Part shown: in pieces, positions 63,867 through 64,000 of the stretch | Position numbering within the stretch: position 1 is the stretch's first letter | Layout of the letters: every line of letters starts with the position of its first letter | DNA from: Nitrospinaceae bacterium | GTDB lineage: Bacteria > Nitrospinota > Nitrospinia > Nitrospinales > Nitrospinaceae | Assembly (NCBI GenBank): GCA_029261535.1 | Contig: JAJDBF010000079.1 | Span: 577 to 64,576 of the forward strand | DNA: 64,000 nucleotides | Reading direction: 5' to 3' | The notes under the pieces: model-generated | What the model was told of the DNA's origin: nothing | The model's input: only the letters and a program-made list of their open reading frames with translations | Databases searched by the model: none | Position numbers and translations under genes: made by a program

Positions 63867-64000
63867 ATGGATGTGCTGAAGGGAAAACGAATAGCCCTTG
63901 GAGTCTCGGGCGGGATCGCCGCTTACAAGGCGGCGGAGCTTCTGCGGCTTATGCAAAGGTCCGGTGCCGAGGTGTCGGTCATTATGACTGCGGGCGCAAA
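63867..64000 (+). CDS. coaBC: 5' end of bifunctional phosphopantothenoylcysteine decarboxylase/synthetase (continues beyond the window)
   Basis: [41 protein letters not shown] is the typical flavoprotein N-terminus of Dfp/CoaBC. Confidence 0.8.
   Translation, partial: MDVLKGKRIALGVSGGIAAYKAAELLRLMQRSGAEVSVIMTAGA

Noticed and set aside
1-64000. I looked for CRISPR arrays, tRNA/rRNA genes, transposases, integrases, prophage genes and classical defence systems (restriction-modification, toxin-antitoxin, Cas).
   Set aside because: I noticed no regularly spaced direct repeats, no cloverleaf-like conserved tRNA arms and no recombinase/transposase or Cas-like motifs in any long ORF. The only dispersed repeats are the short REP-like modules reported above. 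The absence of tRNAs should still be confirmed with a dedicated tool.

Overview
This is a 64-kb chromosomal segment of what looks like a diderm bacterium, roughly half G+C by eye. It carries about 57 credible protein-coding genes on both strands. I recognised no rRNA, tRNA, CRISPR array, transposase or integrase. Housekeeping content: an Fe-S cluster trafficking neighbourhood (YgfZ-like/ErpA/BolA/Grx4), plsC, gdhA, crcB, osmC, cspA, a DEAD-box helicase, tsaB, rnd, mutL, panBCD, glgA/galT and the 5' end of coaBC. Unusual content: (1) My top candidate for an uncharacterised system is a tightly packed minus-strand operon at 30.8-40.4 kb: tpsB, a fecR-like gene, tpsA (1531-aa beta-helical exoprotein) and a CHASE2 class III nucleotidyl cyclase. 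(2) Two cobalamin-riboswitch cores lie in tandem upstream of a BtuB-like TonB-dependent receptor. (3) Two paralogous small proteins sit in RNA-metabolism/cold-shock contexts; one (57 aa) is below the ORF-track cutoff. (4) A mosaic REP-like intergenic repeat family occurs at four loci. (5) An envelope cluster encodes a His/Cys-rich secreted protein, a beta-barrel with a CCxxC mature N-terminus, a lipoprotein cytochrome c, TlpA and a lipoprotein. (6) A peroxiredoxin-fold protein contains no cysteine. (7) A delta-9-type desaturase is divergent from an intramembrane-sensing two-component system plus an HExxH membrane protein. (8) An 841-aa secreted protein fuses an alpha/beta-hydrolase to FG-GAP repeats. 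All family calls rest on motifs I can read in the translations; none has been checked by a search.
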